A stretch of 64,000 bases of DNA from an uncultured Gemmatimonadales bacterium (GCA_963707505.1 CAVPQB010000002.1:32001-96000), one strand, 5' to 3'. Counted from the stretch's first letter, positions 1 to 10,527 are shown. Made by a program: numbers and translations. Notes: generated by a model not told the origin, from the letters alone.

Positions 1-550
1 GACGGAACCCGTCCGGCGTGCTTGCGAAGAACTGCCGGAGATAGCGATCCGGAAGGCCGCGCTGCACCTCGATCTGTGTGAACACACCGCGACGCGCGCG
101 GTTCAGGGCCTGCGAGGAAAAATCGGTCGCGATCAGATCTATCCGGACACCGCTCAGCTGCACACCCATTTCCGCGATCAGCATCGCTATCGAATAAGCT
201 TCCTGGCCAGTCGACGCAGCCGAGCTCCAGATGCGCAACGCGCGACCGCTGCGCCGACAACGCTCGGCCACTTCCGGCAGGATCGTCGTGCGCATTATCT
301 CGAACGGAACCGTGTCTCTGAAAAAGAACGTCTCGCCAGTCGCCATCGCGTCGCAGACCGCCTTGATCAGCTCCTGATGCGGACCGGCACGCAGGATCAC
401 GATCAATTCGTTTACCGAACCAAACCCGTAGGCTTTCGCCACGGGCGGGAGCCGGCTCTCGAGGAGATATTCCTTACCCGGCCCAAGCGCCAACCCGCTC
501 TTGGTGCGCAATAGCGTGCTGATGTACGAATAATCTTCGGGAGTGATCAC
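1..550 (-). CDS. cheR: Chemotaxis methyltransferase CheR (3' end runs off the window)
   Basis: Manual translation from GTG at 550 (GTGA overlap with the cheB stop): MITPEDYSYISTLLRTKSGLALGPGKEYLLESRL...ETFFFRD...LRIWSSAASTGQEAYSIAML...ATDFS. Not in the ORF track because there is no stop in the window. Confidence 0.95.
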   Translation of the reverse strand, partial: MITPEDYSYISTLLRTKSGLALGPGKEYLLESRLPPVAKAYGFGSVNELIVILRAGPHQELIKAVCDAMATGETFFFRDTVPFEIMRTTILPEVAERCRRSGRALRIWSSAASTGQEAYSIAMLIAEMGVQLSGVRIDLIATDFSSQALNRARRGVFTQIEVQRGLPDRYLRQFFASTPDGFR

Positions 551-1623
551 GACCGGACAGAGCAGAGAGAAGCAAGGTGCGCGGAGATGGACCGCAGCGG
601 GAGAATCGAACACGGAATTCCGGATGCGACAACACTCCCGGGCATCCCCCAGACCACGCTTGTAGTCTCATCCTGCACAATTACACGCCCACCGGACGCA
701 GCGACCGCCTGGCAACCCTGACGACCATCATCGCCCATACCGGTGAGCACCACAGCCACCACTCCGTTCGGAAACGCCTGAGCGGCCGTTCGGAACATGG
801 GATCGGCAGCGGGCCGGCAGTGGTGTTCCGGCGGATCACTGGTGATGTGGAGCGACGGACTGCGCGTGAGGCCGCCGCCAATCACTGTCAGGTGATGATC
901 ACCGGGAGCGACGTATATGCGTCCCGGCTGGAGCGCTTCACCGTCGCGCGCCTCGTCGCACGGGAGACTGCTCTCTCGCGCAAGACGTTGGGCGAACATG
1001 GTGGTGAAGATCGGGGGCATGTGTTGCGTGACGAGCACGGGCAACGGGAAGTCACGTGGAAGACCGGACACCACTGTCGCGAGTGCGTTCGGGCCACCCG
1101 TGCTTGCCGCGAGCACGAGCACCTGCGGCTCGAAGTCGCCGCCGGGCGAGAGACTGTGACGCCCACCGTTTATCGCCGTCGTCATGTCACCAGCTGTTCC
1201 AGATCCTGCAACTGCACGAATTTTCGCGACCACCTGAGTTGCCGCTGCCTCGACGCCAAAAATACCGCCGCCGCGCGTCGAGGGTTTGTACACATAGTCC
1301 ACCGCGCCAAGGGCAAGCGCGCGCATGGTGACGTTTGCGCTCTCGTGTGTCAGCGAGCTGGTGACGAGTACACGAGCGCGTGGATGTCGCTGCACGATCA
1401 GCGGAAGCGCGGTAAGGCCATCCATCACCGGCATCTCGATGTCCAGCAGGACGACGTCTATCTCCTGCAGCCGCAAGGCGTCGAGCGCGTCCCTCCCGTT
1501 CATCGCGGTAGTCGCCACTCGCATGTCTTCCTGCGCATCCACTATCCGGCCCAGCACGCCACGCACGACGGCTGAATCATCCACGATCAGTACGCGAATC
1601 GGCTGGACGCCAGAGTTTGTCAC
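547..1623 (-). CDS. cheB: Chemotaxis response regulator methylesterase CheB
   Basis: REC domain (VLIVDDS, DIEMPVMDG) plus methylesterase motifs ASTGGP, QHMP and LTGMGDDG. Confidence 0.97.
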   Translation of the reverse strand: MTNSGVQPIRVLIVDDSAVVRGVLGRIVDAQEDMRVATTAMNGRDALDALRLQEIDVVLLDIEMPVMDGLTALPLIVQRHPRARVLVTSSLTHESANVTMRALALGAVDYVYKPSTRGGGIFGVEAAATQVVAKIRAVAGSGTAGDMTTAINGGRHSLSPGGDFEPQVLVLAASTGGPNALATVVSGLPRDFPLPVLVTQHMPPIFTTMFAQRLARESSLPCDEARDGEALQPGRIYVAPGDHHLTVIGGGLTRSPSLHITSDPPEHHCRPAADPMFRTAAQAFPNGVVAVVLTGMGDDGRQGCQAVAASGGRVIVQDETTSVVWGMPGSVVASGIPCSILPLRSISAHLASLCSVRS

Positions 1624-1656
1624 CGCGCCACCGGAGTTTGGGATGTTGTTTCTCGT

Positions 1657-3669
1657 CTAGATACCGGCGCGCAGCTTGCCGAGGAAGCTGTCCACGGCGC
1701 CGCCGAGGCGAACCGCCTCTGCATTCAGCGCCGCGGCAGAGCCGTTGAGGGCCTCGGCCGTGTGTCCCGACTCACCGGCTGCGACGGTGACACCGGCGAT
1801 GTTGAGCGTCACGTCCGCGGTTCCCCGCGCAGCTTCCGTTACGTTACGGGAGATCTCACCGGTGGCCGCATTCTGCTCTTCCACCGCAGCCGCGATCGTC
1901 CCCGAGATCTGATTGATCGTGCCGATGACGCCGGAGATATCACCGATGTCACGAACGGCGCGAGTGGCGTCATCCTGAACGCTCGCGATCTTGCGCTCTA
2001 TCTCCTCGGTCGCGCGCGCGGTCTGGCGAGCAAGCTCCTTGACCTCGTTCGCAACGACGGCGAATCCCTTGCCGGCCTCGCCAGCGCGGGCCGCCTCGAT
2101 CGTTGCGTTCAACGCGAGCAGATTGGTCTGCTGTGCGATGGACGTGATGACCTTGATGACCTGACCGATCTCCTTGCTGCTCTGGCCCAGCTGAACCATC
2201 GTGCTGCTCGCGCTGGACGCCTGGCGTACCGCATGCTGTGCGACAGTGGACGCCTCCTGTACCAGCCCCGCGATCTCGCGAACACTCGCGGAGAGTTGTT
2301 CCGCGGAACTCGCAACAGTCTGCACGTTCCGCGTTGCCTGCTCGGAGGATGCCGCGACAGCCTGAGCCTGGCACGCAGTCTCTTCCGCCGATGCAGCCAT
2401 TCCCTGAGCACTGGCCTCCACGTCCGCGGCCGACACCGTCACCATCTGAACCACGCTCTTGACGTCGCGCTCGAATTCGTTCGCGAGCGCTACCTGTTCG
2501 GCGGCGCCGCTCACCATGCGCGATACATCGCGCAACATCGTGAGGCGACGCTCGGACGGACGCAACTCATCCGCCGAGATGAATTCCATGATACCAATCA
2601 CGCGGCCCTTCACTATGACAGGGAACGCGACTCCACTGCGCACGTTGGCACGTCGCGCCATCGGCGAGCGAATTGCATCACACTGATCCGCCAGATCAGC
2701 AACGAATGCAAGGTCATGGCTCGCCCATGCGCGGCCAGCCAGCCCCTCGCCCTGCTCGAATGTGCAATCACGAGTGGCACGACGGAAATCCTCGTCGATC
2801 GAGCCGGATTCGACACAAAAACGCAACCTGTTAGCGGCACCGTCGAGCACCCAGTACGTGCCGTACGACCACTTGAACGAGCTGCGGACGAGCTCGAGCG
2901 CAACCTTCGCGATGTCGTCGACCGAGTTGCGCCCGGCATTGGCACGCAGAACGGTGACGAGCACTTCCATGTCCTCTTCCGCTTCGAGGCGAGTAGCACG
3001 CTCGCGCATGCGCTCGAGCGCTGACGACACCAGCTCGGCGACGCGACGAAGCACGTCTATGCGTTCATCGGAAAGTGCGAGCGGCTCCATCACGAAGAAG
3101 TCGAGCGCTCCAACTACCTCGCCACCTACCGATAACGGAAGCGCGATTGCAGCGGTGCATCCCGCTGCCTGTGCGACTTCGCCGCGGCGGTCCTGCAGAT
3201 ACTGCAGATCGTCAACGATGAAGACGTCGCGATAACGCCACGCCTTGCCGACGAGACCATCTGCTTCGGCGTATGCAGCACTGACCGTGACTCTGTGAAA
3301 CTCATTGTTCACCGCGCCCGATTCCAGCGCGAAGCGAAGGTGCTCCTTCTGGTTGTCGGCGCTCCAGTACGATCCGTATGGCCAGCCGAAGCCGGCGCGA
3401 ATTGCTTCCAGCGCGCCGCGTGCTGCTTCAGCCGCGCTTCCAGCCCGCGCGGTGGCGCCGGCGACGTGCATGATGACACGCGCATGAGTCTGCGCTTCGA
3501 ACACTCGCGTCTCGAGCTCGTCCACGACCTGCCGCTCCCGCAGCGCGCCGGCGCGACGGTCCGTCTTGCGGCGCTCAGGCTTCGCCAGCTTGTCGCCGTT
3601 GCCGTTCCTGGTTGACGTTGCGGCCGGAACTGAATCGGTGATGTCGTCGAGGTTGATGCGGGTCGTCAT
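1657..3669 (-). CDS. Soluble methyl-accepting chemotaxis protein with two GAF domains
   Basis: Signalling hairpin IAQQTNLLALNATIEAARAGEAGKGFAVVANEVKELA; two repeated GAF-like units (WxYGxYW...GLxGxAW...A/VFP); no transmembrane segment seen. Confidence 0.93.
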   Translation of the reverse strand: MTTRINLDDITDSVPAATSTRNGNGDKLAKPERRKTDRRAGALRERQVVDELETRVFEAQTHARVIMHVAGATARAGSAAEAARGALEAIRAGFGWPYGSYWSADNQKEHLRFALESGAVNNEFHRVTVSAAYAEADGLVGKAWRYRDVFIVDDLQYLQDRRGEVAQAAGCTAAIALPLSVGGEVVGALDFFVMEPLALSDERIDVLRRVAELVSSALERMRERATRLEAEEDMEVLVTVLRANAGRNSVDDIAKVALELVRSSFKWSYGTYWVLDGAANRLRFCVESGSIDEDFRRATRDCTFEQGEGLAGRAWASHDLAFVADLADQCDAIRSPMARRANVRSGVAFPVIVKGRVIGIMEFISADELRPSERRLTMLRDVSRMVSGAAEQVALANEFERDVKSVVQMVTVSAADVEASAQGMAASAEETACQAQAVAASSEQATRNVQTVASSAEQLSASVREIAGLVQEASTVAQHAVRQASSASSTMVQLGQSSKEIGQVIKVITSIAQQTNLLALNATIEAARAGEAGKGFAVVANEVKELARQTARATEEIERKIASVQDDATRAVRDIGDISGVIGTINQISGTIAAAVEEQNAATGEISRNVTEAARGTADVTLNIAGVTVAAGESGHTAEALNGSAAALNAEAVRLGGAVDSFLGKLRAGI

Positions 3670-3684
3670 ACAGCGTATCTCGGT

Positions 3685-4134
3685 TTATGGGCGAGTATTT
3701 GGTTCATCCAGCAGGCGCGTTACGTCGACAACTGCGAGTAACCCCTGATCCATCCGTACAACGCCGGTACACGCCCTGGCCCAGGCACCGCCAAGACTGG
3801 CCGGAGCTGGATCGAGCGTCCCTGGCGAAACAGCTACGACGTCGCCGACTTCATCGACAACGAGCGCGAACAGCTCGTCGCCGTCGCGGACCACCACATT
3901 CATTGAAGAGTCGGACGCATGGCGGGAAATCTCCAGCCGCTGGTGGACATCGATCGCGGTCACAATCTGGCCGCGAAGGTTGAGAAAGCCAGCGATTCCG
4001 GGACCGGCCAGGGGGACTCGCGCGATTCGTAGATGACCGATCACTTCCTGAACGTCCATGACATCGACGCCAAACCACTGCTCGCCAACGCGAAACGTCA
4101 CCACTTCGCCAGCAGACGCGAGTGTTGCGGTCAA
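3685..4134 (-). CDS. cheW: Chemotaxis coupling protein CheW
   Basis: VTFRVGEQWFG...RVPLA...GFLNLRGQIVT...VDEVGDV. Confidence 0.95.
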   Translation of the reverse strand: MTATLASAGEVVTFRVGEQWFGVDVMDVQEVIGHLRIARVPLAGPGIAGFLNLRGQIVTAIDVHQRLEISRHASDSSMNVVVRDGDELFALVVDEVGDVVAVSPGTLDPAPASLGGAWARACTGVVRMDQGLLAVVDVTRLLDEPNTRP

Positions 4135-6251
4135 GAGACAGCCCCCCGGCGCGCGCGTTCCATGTAGTACGAGACGTCCAGGACTTCGGTAGCGGCTCCA
4201 TCGATCACTGCAGTTCCAAGCACCCCGGGACGCGTCGAGGCGAGCTCGAGGTTCACTATCTCATCGACGATGTCGCGTATCTCACTCACGGCGATTCCGA
4301 ACGAGGCACTTCCCTCGTTGAATACAATGACTGAATTGCTGCGTCCCGATGTGAACGTCACAGCTGGGCTGGCCGGCACGAGAGGAAGCAGGAATCCGCG
4401 ATACTGAACCATTGCCCGTCCGCCGGCGTATTCGATGCTGTCCGACGCGATCTCCTCCAGGCGTGAGACGCTCGACAACGGCACTGCCTGAACGGCATCA
4501 TCACCGACACCAAAGATCAGGAGACTGTCGGCTGGTTTTTTCGCAGGCTCCTGCACCGTCGTCACCACCTCTGCCACCGCATTCGTCTGCGTTCCGGCAC
4601 GCGCTGCAAGCGCGGCTGGATCAACGATCATCACTACCCTGCCGTCGCCGAGGATCGTGCAGCCGGCGTAGCAGCCGACCGCGCGAATGAGCCGGCCGAC
4701 CGGCTTCACCACAATCTCCTGTGTGTCCACCACGTCATCGACGATTATTCCGAAACGCGCGACGCCAGCCTGACAGATGACAAGGGTGGTGACACCACCA
4801 CGATCGTCGGCGGGAAGACCCAGCGCGTCACCCAGCGTAACCACCGGAACGAGATCATCTCGTAGCCTAAACAGTCGGACATTGTGCAGAACATCGAAGC
4901 GTGCAAGCTGTTCGTCGGACAGCCGGATCAGCTCGAGCACGCTAGCCTGTGGAAACGCGAACATCTCTCCACGCGCGCTCACGATGAGCGACGATACGAT
5001 CGCGAGTGTAAGTGGGAGACGAACACGAATAGTGCAACCCTGCCCGCCGACTGACTGCAGATCCACGGCGCCACCGACGCGCTCGATGTTGCTGCGGACA
5101 ACGTCCATGCCGACGCCACGCCCACTGATGTGCGTCACTTCAGTGGCGGTCGAGAAGCCAGGCTCGAAGATGAATCGCAATACCTGGCAGTCACTCATCG
5201 CGTGTGCCTCTTCCTTCGACACCAGACCGCGCTCGATTGCAGTGCGCCGCACCTTGTCCGCGTTGATTCCCTTGCCGTCGTCGGTCACCTCGACGATCAC
5301 GTGGCCGGCTTCGTGATACGCATTGAGTACTATCTTGCCTGTGGCAGGCTTTCCTGACGCACGCCGAGCGTCCGGAGATTCGATTCCGTGATCCGCGGAG
5401 TTGCGCACCATGTGCGTGAGCGGATCCTGCAGAGCCTGCACCAGCTGGCGATCCAGCTCGGTCGCGGCACCCTTCATGTCGAGCTCGATTTTCTTCCCGG
5501 TTTCGCGTGCGATGTCGCGCACGATGCGGGGCAGCTTGCTCCATGCCGAACCCACCGGCTGCATGCGCGTTTTCATCACTGCGCCTTGCAATTCCGCGGT
5601 GATTCTGTTCAACTGCTGAACGGGCGGTCCGAAGGGTGAGTCTTCATCCCTGGACGACATCTCGAGGAGTTGATTGCGGCTGAGCACGAGCTCCCCCGCG
5701 AGATTCATAAGCGCGTCGAGCAGCTTGACACTCACACGGATCGACGACGGTGCGACGCTGGTCTGGTCGGCTGAAGTGCCCCGTATCGCCGAGAACGCAT
5801 CCGGCGACATTGCCAGTTCGAGCGTGGCATTAGCGATTGCCTCGGGACCTATCGCGATTGCGTGGCGGGGGGCGTCGGAGCCAAGCCATTGCTCCAGCAA
5901 TGCGATCAGAAGCGAGTCGTCTCCGGCCGGCTCCGTCTGGTTTGCCGCGAGCTCGGTCAGAATCGTCTTGATTACGTCGACCGCTCGGAGAATGTCGGAG
6001 ATGACGGCCGGCTCAGCCTTCAGGGCCCCAGTGCGAAGCCTCTCCAGCACCGATTCGGCGGTGTGCGACACCGTCTCCAGGCGCGGAAGGCCGAGAAATC
6101 CGCAGGTTCCCTTGATCGTGTGGATCGCGCGGAAGATCGAGTTCAGAAGCGACGCGTTGGACGGATCGCGCTCCAGCTCGACCACGTCCTGATCGAGCTG
6201 AGCGAGGTTCTCCGTACTCTCGGCGAGAAAGTCTTTGAGCAGATCGTCCAA
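4131..6251 (-). CDS. cheA: Chemotaxis histidine kinase CheA (Hpt, dimerisation, HATPase, two CheW-like domains)
   Basis: IFRAIHTIKG Hpt motif, HMVRNSADHGIE, DDGKG, PGFSTA, SGRGVGMDVV. Start moved to TTG at 6251 (MDDLLKDFL) because a GGAG RBS lies 9 nt upstream. Confidence 0.96.
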   Translation of the reverse strand: MDDLLKDFLAESTENLAQLDQDVVELERDPSNASLLNSIFRAIHTIKGTCGFLGLPRLETVSHTAESVLERLRTGALKAEPAVISDILRAVDVIKTILTELAANQTEPAGDDSLLIALLEQWLGSDAPRHAIAIGPEAIANATLELAMSPDAFSAIRGTSADQTSVAPSSIRVSVKLLDALMNLAGELVLSRNQLLEMSSRDEDSPFGPPVQQLNRITAELQGAVMKTRMQPVGSAWSKLPRIVRDIARETGKKIELDMKGAATELDRQLVQALQDPLTHMVRNSADHGIESPDARRASGKPATGKIVLNAYHEAGHVIVEVTDDGKGINADKVRRTAIERGLVSKEEAHAMSDCQVLRFIFEPGFSTATEVTHISGRGVGMDVVRSNIERVGGAVDLQSVGGQGCTIRVRLPLTLAIVSSLIVSARGEMFAFPQASVLELIRLSDEQLARFDVLHNVRLFRLRDDLVPVVTLGDALGLPADDRGGVTTLVICQAGVARFGIIVDDVVDTQEIVVKPVGRLIRAVGCYAGCTILGDGRVVMIVDPAALAARAGTQTNAVAEVVTTVQEPAKKPADSLLIFGVGDDAVQAVPLSSVSRLEEIASDSIEYAGGRAMVQYRGFLLPLVPASPAVTFTSGRSNSVIVFNEGSASFGIAVSEIRDIVDEIVNLELASTRPGVLGTAVIDGAATEVLDVSYYMERARRGAVS

Positions 6252-6313
6252 GTACCGCGTCTCCAAACGAGGATCGAGGGAGCCGGCAGCAGTGGCACTC
6301 CTCACCCCTTCAA

Positions 6314-6340
6314 TGGTCGGCCTGGATGGGCGAAACTTGA
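6314..6340 (-). promoter_or_regulatory. Putative sigma-28 (FliA) promoter of the che operon
   Basis: Minus strand TCAAG-N14-GCCGACCA about 60 nt upstream of cheA; resembles the TCAAG-N14-GCCGATA FliA consensus. Confidence 0.6.
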
Positions 6341-6489
6341 CGTTTACCGGGCGGCGGTCGTCTCTCTAGCGGGCCAGGGCCGTCCCATGGCGCCGAGGCG
6401 GATCTGCCGAGGCGGCTCTACAGATCGCGCTGGGAGCCACCGATACTCAAACGGGTGTCCTTCATCTGTGTCTCTGCCGTACCGATTCC

Positions 6490-7380
6490 ATGATTGAGCA
6501 GCTCACCACCGAGGTCTCGTCGCGGATCGACGCTATTTCCGCGTCCCTGACCACGCAGGAACGCACGGATGACGCTGTGCGCTTTCTGCGCGACATGAAA
6601 GCGGCGCCAGCCACCAGCATCAAGCAGGCCCCACAAGCCGCCCAGCGCGCGCTGTCCAAGACACGCAATCCAGATATCGGCATGGCCGAGCTCGTTCGGG
6701 TGGTCGAGGAGGATCCGACGCTTGGGCAGGCGCTTCTGCGTTACGCAAACTCGGCCTACTACTCGACCGGCAGCACGGTCGTATCGCTGCGTCACGCGGC
6801 TCAGCGGGTCGGCGCATCCGGCGTCCACAACGTCGTGCTTGGTGTGATGCTGGAAGGAATGCTGTGCAGACCCGGCGGCGAATATCAGAAGATGGTGATT
6901 CAGGTGCGCGAACACCTCGTTCGTACCGCGCCCATAGCGCGAGCAATCGGACGAGGATTCGGGCTGATTCCGGACGAGTGCTTCTCGCTCGCGCTACTGC
7001 ATGACGCCGGCAAGCTGATCGTGTTCGACGTGATCGGCGCGCTCAGACATGAGACGCGGCGTGACGTCAATGTGCAGAAGAGCGTGGTATCGCGAGTGCT
7101 GAAGGAGTTGCACGAGCCGCTGGGCGGAATAGCCGTGTCGCACTGGGGGCTCGGCGACTCCGTTGCTGCGGCTATATCGACGCATCACCGCGATCCGGTT
7201 CCTGCCGAACAAAATCGGATGAGCGAGGTGCTGTTCATCGCGGAGCGCGCGGAGCATTCACTATCTGGCGTGATCAAGCGAGACGTCGCCGCATGGTGGG
7301 AGCAAGGCGCTATTTCAGGTGATGCTGCTCGTGTCGAAGAGTTGATCTCGGCCTATTCGGAGAGCGAGCTCGCTGCGTAG
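6490..7380 (+). CDS. HDOD domain protein
   Basis: EDPTLGQALLRYANSAYY, LLHDAGKL, H..LGG...W.L, HHRDP. Confidence 0.9.
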   Translation: MIEQLTTEVSSRIDAISASLTTQERTDDAVRFLRDMKAAPATSIKQAPQAAQRALSKTRNPDIGMAELVRVVEEDPTLGQALLRYANSAYYSTGSTVVSLRHAAQRVGASGVHNVVLGVMLEGMLCRPGGEYQKMVIQVREHLVRTAPIARAIGRGFGLIPDECFSLALLHDAGKLIVFDVIGALRHETRRDVNVQKSVVSRVLKELHEPLGGIAVSHWGLGDSVAAAISTHHRDPVPAEQNRMSEVLFIAERAEHSLSGVIKRDVAAWWEQGAISGDAARVEELISAYSESELAA

Positions 7381-8648
7381 GTAACGTTCGCGGCGACACC
7401 GTTCCCCGGTGGCGTCTGCTCACTGAAATATCCGTCGTCGTATGCCTTGCAAAACTCGGCGTACTGGCGCTCGGTCCGCTCGGCAGCATCACGCGCAAGT
7501 TGCAGGAGCGCGTCACGCCAGGATGTTTCGCGCCCGAACGCTGACAGTTGTTCGATGGGCGCGGACCCGAGCCAGCCGCCGCCTCTCAGGTGCAGCCACG
7601 CGGCGACTGACGCCATCAGCACAATGGCCTCGCCGATCTTCTTTGGCTGTCTGGCCCAATCGTGCAGCCGAACACGATCCTCCTGCGGTTGCATCTCGCG
7701 GATGCAGTAGCTGCGATCATTCCATTCTGCAGAAAAGAGAAATGCCGGAGCAACGACGGACGAGTGACGTTGAACCGAGACTACCCGATCAGCCTCATCG
7801 CTCCACACTGGTTGACCGTGTGCACGAAGCGTTGCGATTGCCGAAGGGTGTGCAAGTTTTACATCGAGCAGCACGTTGCGATCGGGTGAGCCGCGGCCTT
7901 CGACGAGCACGATGTAGCGTGGAAAGGCGATACTCCCGATCCCGGCGATACGGTGCGCCACATCGACGACTTTGAAGTACTCGCGGTCGCGCGCCGCGTC
8001 CGCGATGGTGTCCATCATGTGGTCGACGCCGACGCGCTCTTCCGCGGTTGCTGCAAGCGTGTGCTGCCCATCGATCACCAGCCGGCGGCGCTTGCCCTTG
8101 CGCGTGGTGTAGCGGCCGAGCAGCTCGGTGCGGGATCGGCCCGCGACCTGCGCGAACAGACGCTTGACCGTTCCTCGCGCACTCTCCCGCTCGATCCATG
8201 ACGGCTTACCCACCGATAGCTCGGTCGAGTATGCGACGAGCGAGCGTTGAATGAGCGCCTCCGTATCATCTGGCGATACACCCCATTCGTCCGATCCGAC
8301 GCGGATGCTCGCGAGGAACCTGACGAGGTCCAGGGTCAGCGGGCCGAGCGCACTCTCGTCGAAATCCGTGACGTCGAAATAGGTGAGGCGATTGTCGCCC
8401 TTGAAGGTCCCAAAATTCTCGACGTGGAGATCGCCGCACAGCCAGGCGGGCGGCGCGCCGGAGAGAGTCTCGACCTGCGGGAGTGACGCGTAGAACATCT
8501 GGCACGCTCCGCGCATGAATGAGAACGGAGTCTGCCGCATGGCGGCATATTTTCGGAGTCGAAGCGCCGGATCCGACCCGTGGTTGGCCGCAATGATCGC
8601 CTTCAGAGGGTCGGATGGGAGGTTGAGTGGCGCGTCGCTGTCGTTCAT
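7353..8648 (-). CDS. DUF2252 family (kinase-like) protein
   Basis: KYAAMRQTPFSFMRG, CGDLHVENFG, FDVTDFDE, RIAGIGS. Confidence 0.88.
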   Translation of the reverse strand: MNDSDAPLNLPSDPLKAIIAANHGSDPALRLRKYAAMRQTPFSFMRGACQMFYASLPQVETLSGAPPAWLCGDLHVENFGTFKGDNRLTYFDVTDFDESALGPLTLDLVRFLASIRVGSDEWGVSPDDTEALIQRSLVAYSTELSVGKPSWIERESARGTVKRLFAQVAGRSRTELLGRYTTRKGKRRRLVIDGQHTLAATAEERVGVDHMMDTIADAARDREYFKVVDVAHRIAGIGSIAFPRYIVLVEGRGSPDRNVLLDVKLAHPSAIATLRAHGQPVWSDEADRVVSVQRHSSVVAPAFLFSAEWNDRSYCIREMQPQEDRVRLHDWARQPKKIGEAIVLMASVAAWLHLRGGGWLGSAPIEQLSAFGRETSWRDALLQLARDAAERTERQYAEFCKAYDDGYFSEQTPPGNGVAANVTYAASSLSE

Positions 8649-8744
8649 TCAGCTAATCGTATGCACATGCAGTCGAGGCGGAAAGGTTGGCCAGCGTAAC
8701 AAACTCTAAAGGATAACGCCGCAGCCGCGGCCCGATCCCACACC

Positions 8745-10085
8745 ATGACGCAAGAGCAACGCGAAAATCAGCACAGAGCGGGCCATGTAACGACCCTGCC
8801 CGATATCGAGATACGCAACACCGGACCCAAGGCGTTCCTCCGGAAGCTCGGGCCAGGCCTGGTTACCGGCGCCGCGGACGACGATCCATCCGGTATCGCC
8901 ACTTATTCGCAGGCCGGAGCAGCATTTGGATATGGTCTGCTCTGGACGGCGCTGGTCAGCCTGCCATTGATGATCGCAGTGCAGCTGATGTGCGCCAGGG
9001 TCGGCGTCGTCGCCAGGTCGGGGCTCGCTACGGCACTGCGGGACCACTACTCACGGAGCCTGCTCTGGTTTGCGTGCATGCTGCTCGTCGTAGCGAACAC
9101 ACTGAACATCGCCGCAGATCTGGGCGGCATGGCCGCGGCAGCGCAATTGCTCAGCGGCGTTTCGCGCGTGATTCTCGTCCCAGTGTTCGCGGCGCTGATA
9201 CTCGGTCTGTTGATATTCGCGTCGTACGAATCCATGGCGCGCGTGCTCAAGTGGTTCGCGCTCGCGTTGTTCGCCTACGTGATCGCTGCGGTGCTCGCGC
9301 ACCCGAGCATACTCGGCGTGTTGAAGGGAACGTTCCTGCCATCGATACGGTGGGACAGGGACTACCTGATGACGTTCGTGGCGATTCTCGGAACTACGAT
9401 TTCGCCGTATCTCTTTTTCTGGCAGGCGTCACAGGTGGCGGAGCAGGAAGAGCACGTGCGGGCGCGCTTTCCGATGCGGAGAAGACGCGGCGAGATGCGT
9501 CGCACGGGACGCGAGCTGAGAGACGCCGCCGTCGATACAGAGTCGGGCATGGTCGTGTCGCAGGTCATAATGTTCTTCATAATCCTGACGGCGGGTGCAA
9601 CGCTTCACAAAGCGGGCATTACCGACGTGCAGAGCGCTGATCAGGCGGCAATTGCGCTGCGCCCTCTTGCAGGGCCACTGGCGTACTGGGTCTTCGCGCT
9701 CGGGATCATCGGAACGGGAATGCTCGGTGTTCCAGTGTTAGCCGGTTCGGCGGCGTATGCCATTGCAGAAGCCGGAGCATTCAAGGGCGGCATGGATGAG
9801 AAGCCGGACGGTGCGCGTGTGTTCTACGGTGTGATGGTGATTGCGATGGCAATGGGCACCGTGCTGGCGTTGACCAAGCTGAATGCAATGAAGATGCTGG
9901 TCTGGTCCGCGGTAATGAACGGAGTTCTGGCGCCGCCGTTGATCGTGATCATTCTCATGGTGTGCAATAATGAGAAGATCATGGGGCGTTACAAGAACGG
10001 CAGATTGCTCAACGTTCTGGGATGGGCAGCAGCAGTATTGATGGGAGTTGCCGCTCTGGCGATGATCGTGTCGTTCTTCGTGTAG
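8745..10085 (+). CDS. Nramp-family divalent metal cation transporter
   Basis: GPGLVTGAADDDPSGIATYSQAGA, GTTISPYLFFWQ and multiple TM helices. Confidence 0.92.
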   Translation: MTQEQRENQHRAGHVTTLPDIEIRNTGPKAFLRKLGPGLVTGAADDDPSGIATYSQAGAAFGYGLLWTALVSLPLMIAVQLMCARVGVVARSGLATALRDHYSRSLLWFACMLLVVANTLNIAADLGGMAAAAQLLSGVSRVILVPVFAALILGLLIFASYESMARVLKWFALALFAYVIAAVLAHPSILGVLKGTFLPSIRWDRDYLMTFVAILGTTISPYLFFWQASQVAEQEEHVRARFPMRRRRGEMRRTGRELRDAAVDTESGMVVSQVIMFFIILTAGATLHKAGITDVQSADQAAIALRPLAGPLAYWVFALGIIGTGMLGVPVLAGSAAYAIAEAGAFKGGMDEKPDGARVFYGVMVIAMAMGTVLALTKLNAMKMLVWSAVMNGVLAPPLIVIILMVCNNEKIMGRYKNGRLLNVLGWAAAVLMGVAALAMIVSFFV

Positions 10086-10101
10086 TAACGTGTGCAGCGA
10101 C

Positions 10102-10139
10102 AAAAAGTCCGGCGCTCGGGTAAGCGCCGGACTTTTTTT
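10102..10139. terminator. Bidirectional intrinsic terminator
   Basis: AAAAAGTCCGGCGCT-cgggta-AGCGCCGGACTTTTTTT between convergent genes. Confidence 0.9.
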
Positions 10140-10180
10140 CATGCAATCATCGTCCTCGTGCTCTCGGACGACAACAAGTG

Positions 10181-10438
10181 TCAGACTGCGGTGCGGTTTC
10201 CTGTAATCAGACGAACGATCCAGACCAGTATCACCGCGCCGATTATGGCGACGATAATCGACCAGATGATACCGCCGCCCATTCCAACGCCGAGCGCCGT
10301 CATTATCCAACCGCCGATTACACCGCCGATGATACCGAGGACGATGTCCATGAGCGGGCCATAACCGGAGCCCTTCATGATTCGCCCGGTTGCCCAGCCG
10401 GCGATGAGCCCCACGATGATCCACCAAATCCACGACAT
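10181..10438 (-). CDS. GlsB/YeaQ/YmgE (transglycosylase-associated) stress membrane protein
   Basis: 85 aa: WIIVGLIAGW...DIVLGIIGGVIGGW...AIIGAVILVW. Confidence 0.93.
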   Translation of the reverse strand: MSWIWWIIVGLIAGWATGRIMKGSGYGPLMDIVLGIIGGVIGGWIMTALGVGMGGGIIWSIIVAIIGAVILVWIVRLITGNRTAV

Positions 10439-10511
10439 GTTACAAGTCTCCGTTCGTAGCTGTGGCCGGGGCCGTACTCACGACGCGACGGGTCCCGTTG
10501 ACAGTGGGTGA

Positions 10512-10527
10512 AGCAAGAGGCGCGCCG
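10512..10527 (-). promoter_or_regulatory. Putative sigma-54 (-24/-12) promoter
   Basis: Minus strand CGGCGC-GCCTC-TTGCT (GG-N10-GC) upstream of the GlsB/YeaQ gene. Confidence 0.65.

Noticed and set aside
577..3024. Long antisense ORFs over cheB and the MCP (and similar ones elsewhere)
   Set aside because: These are shadow frames typical of high-GC coding DNA; the opposite strand has clear family motifs.
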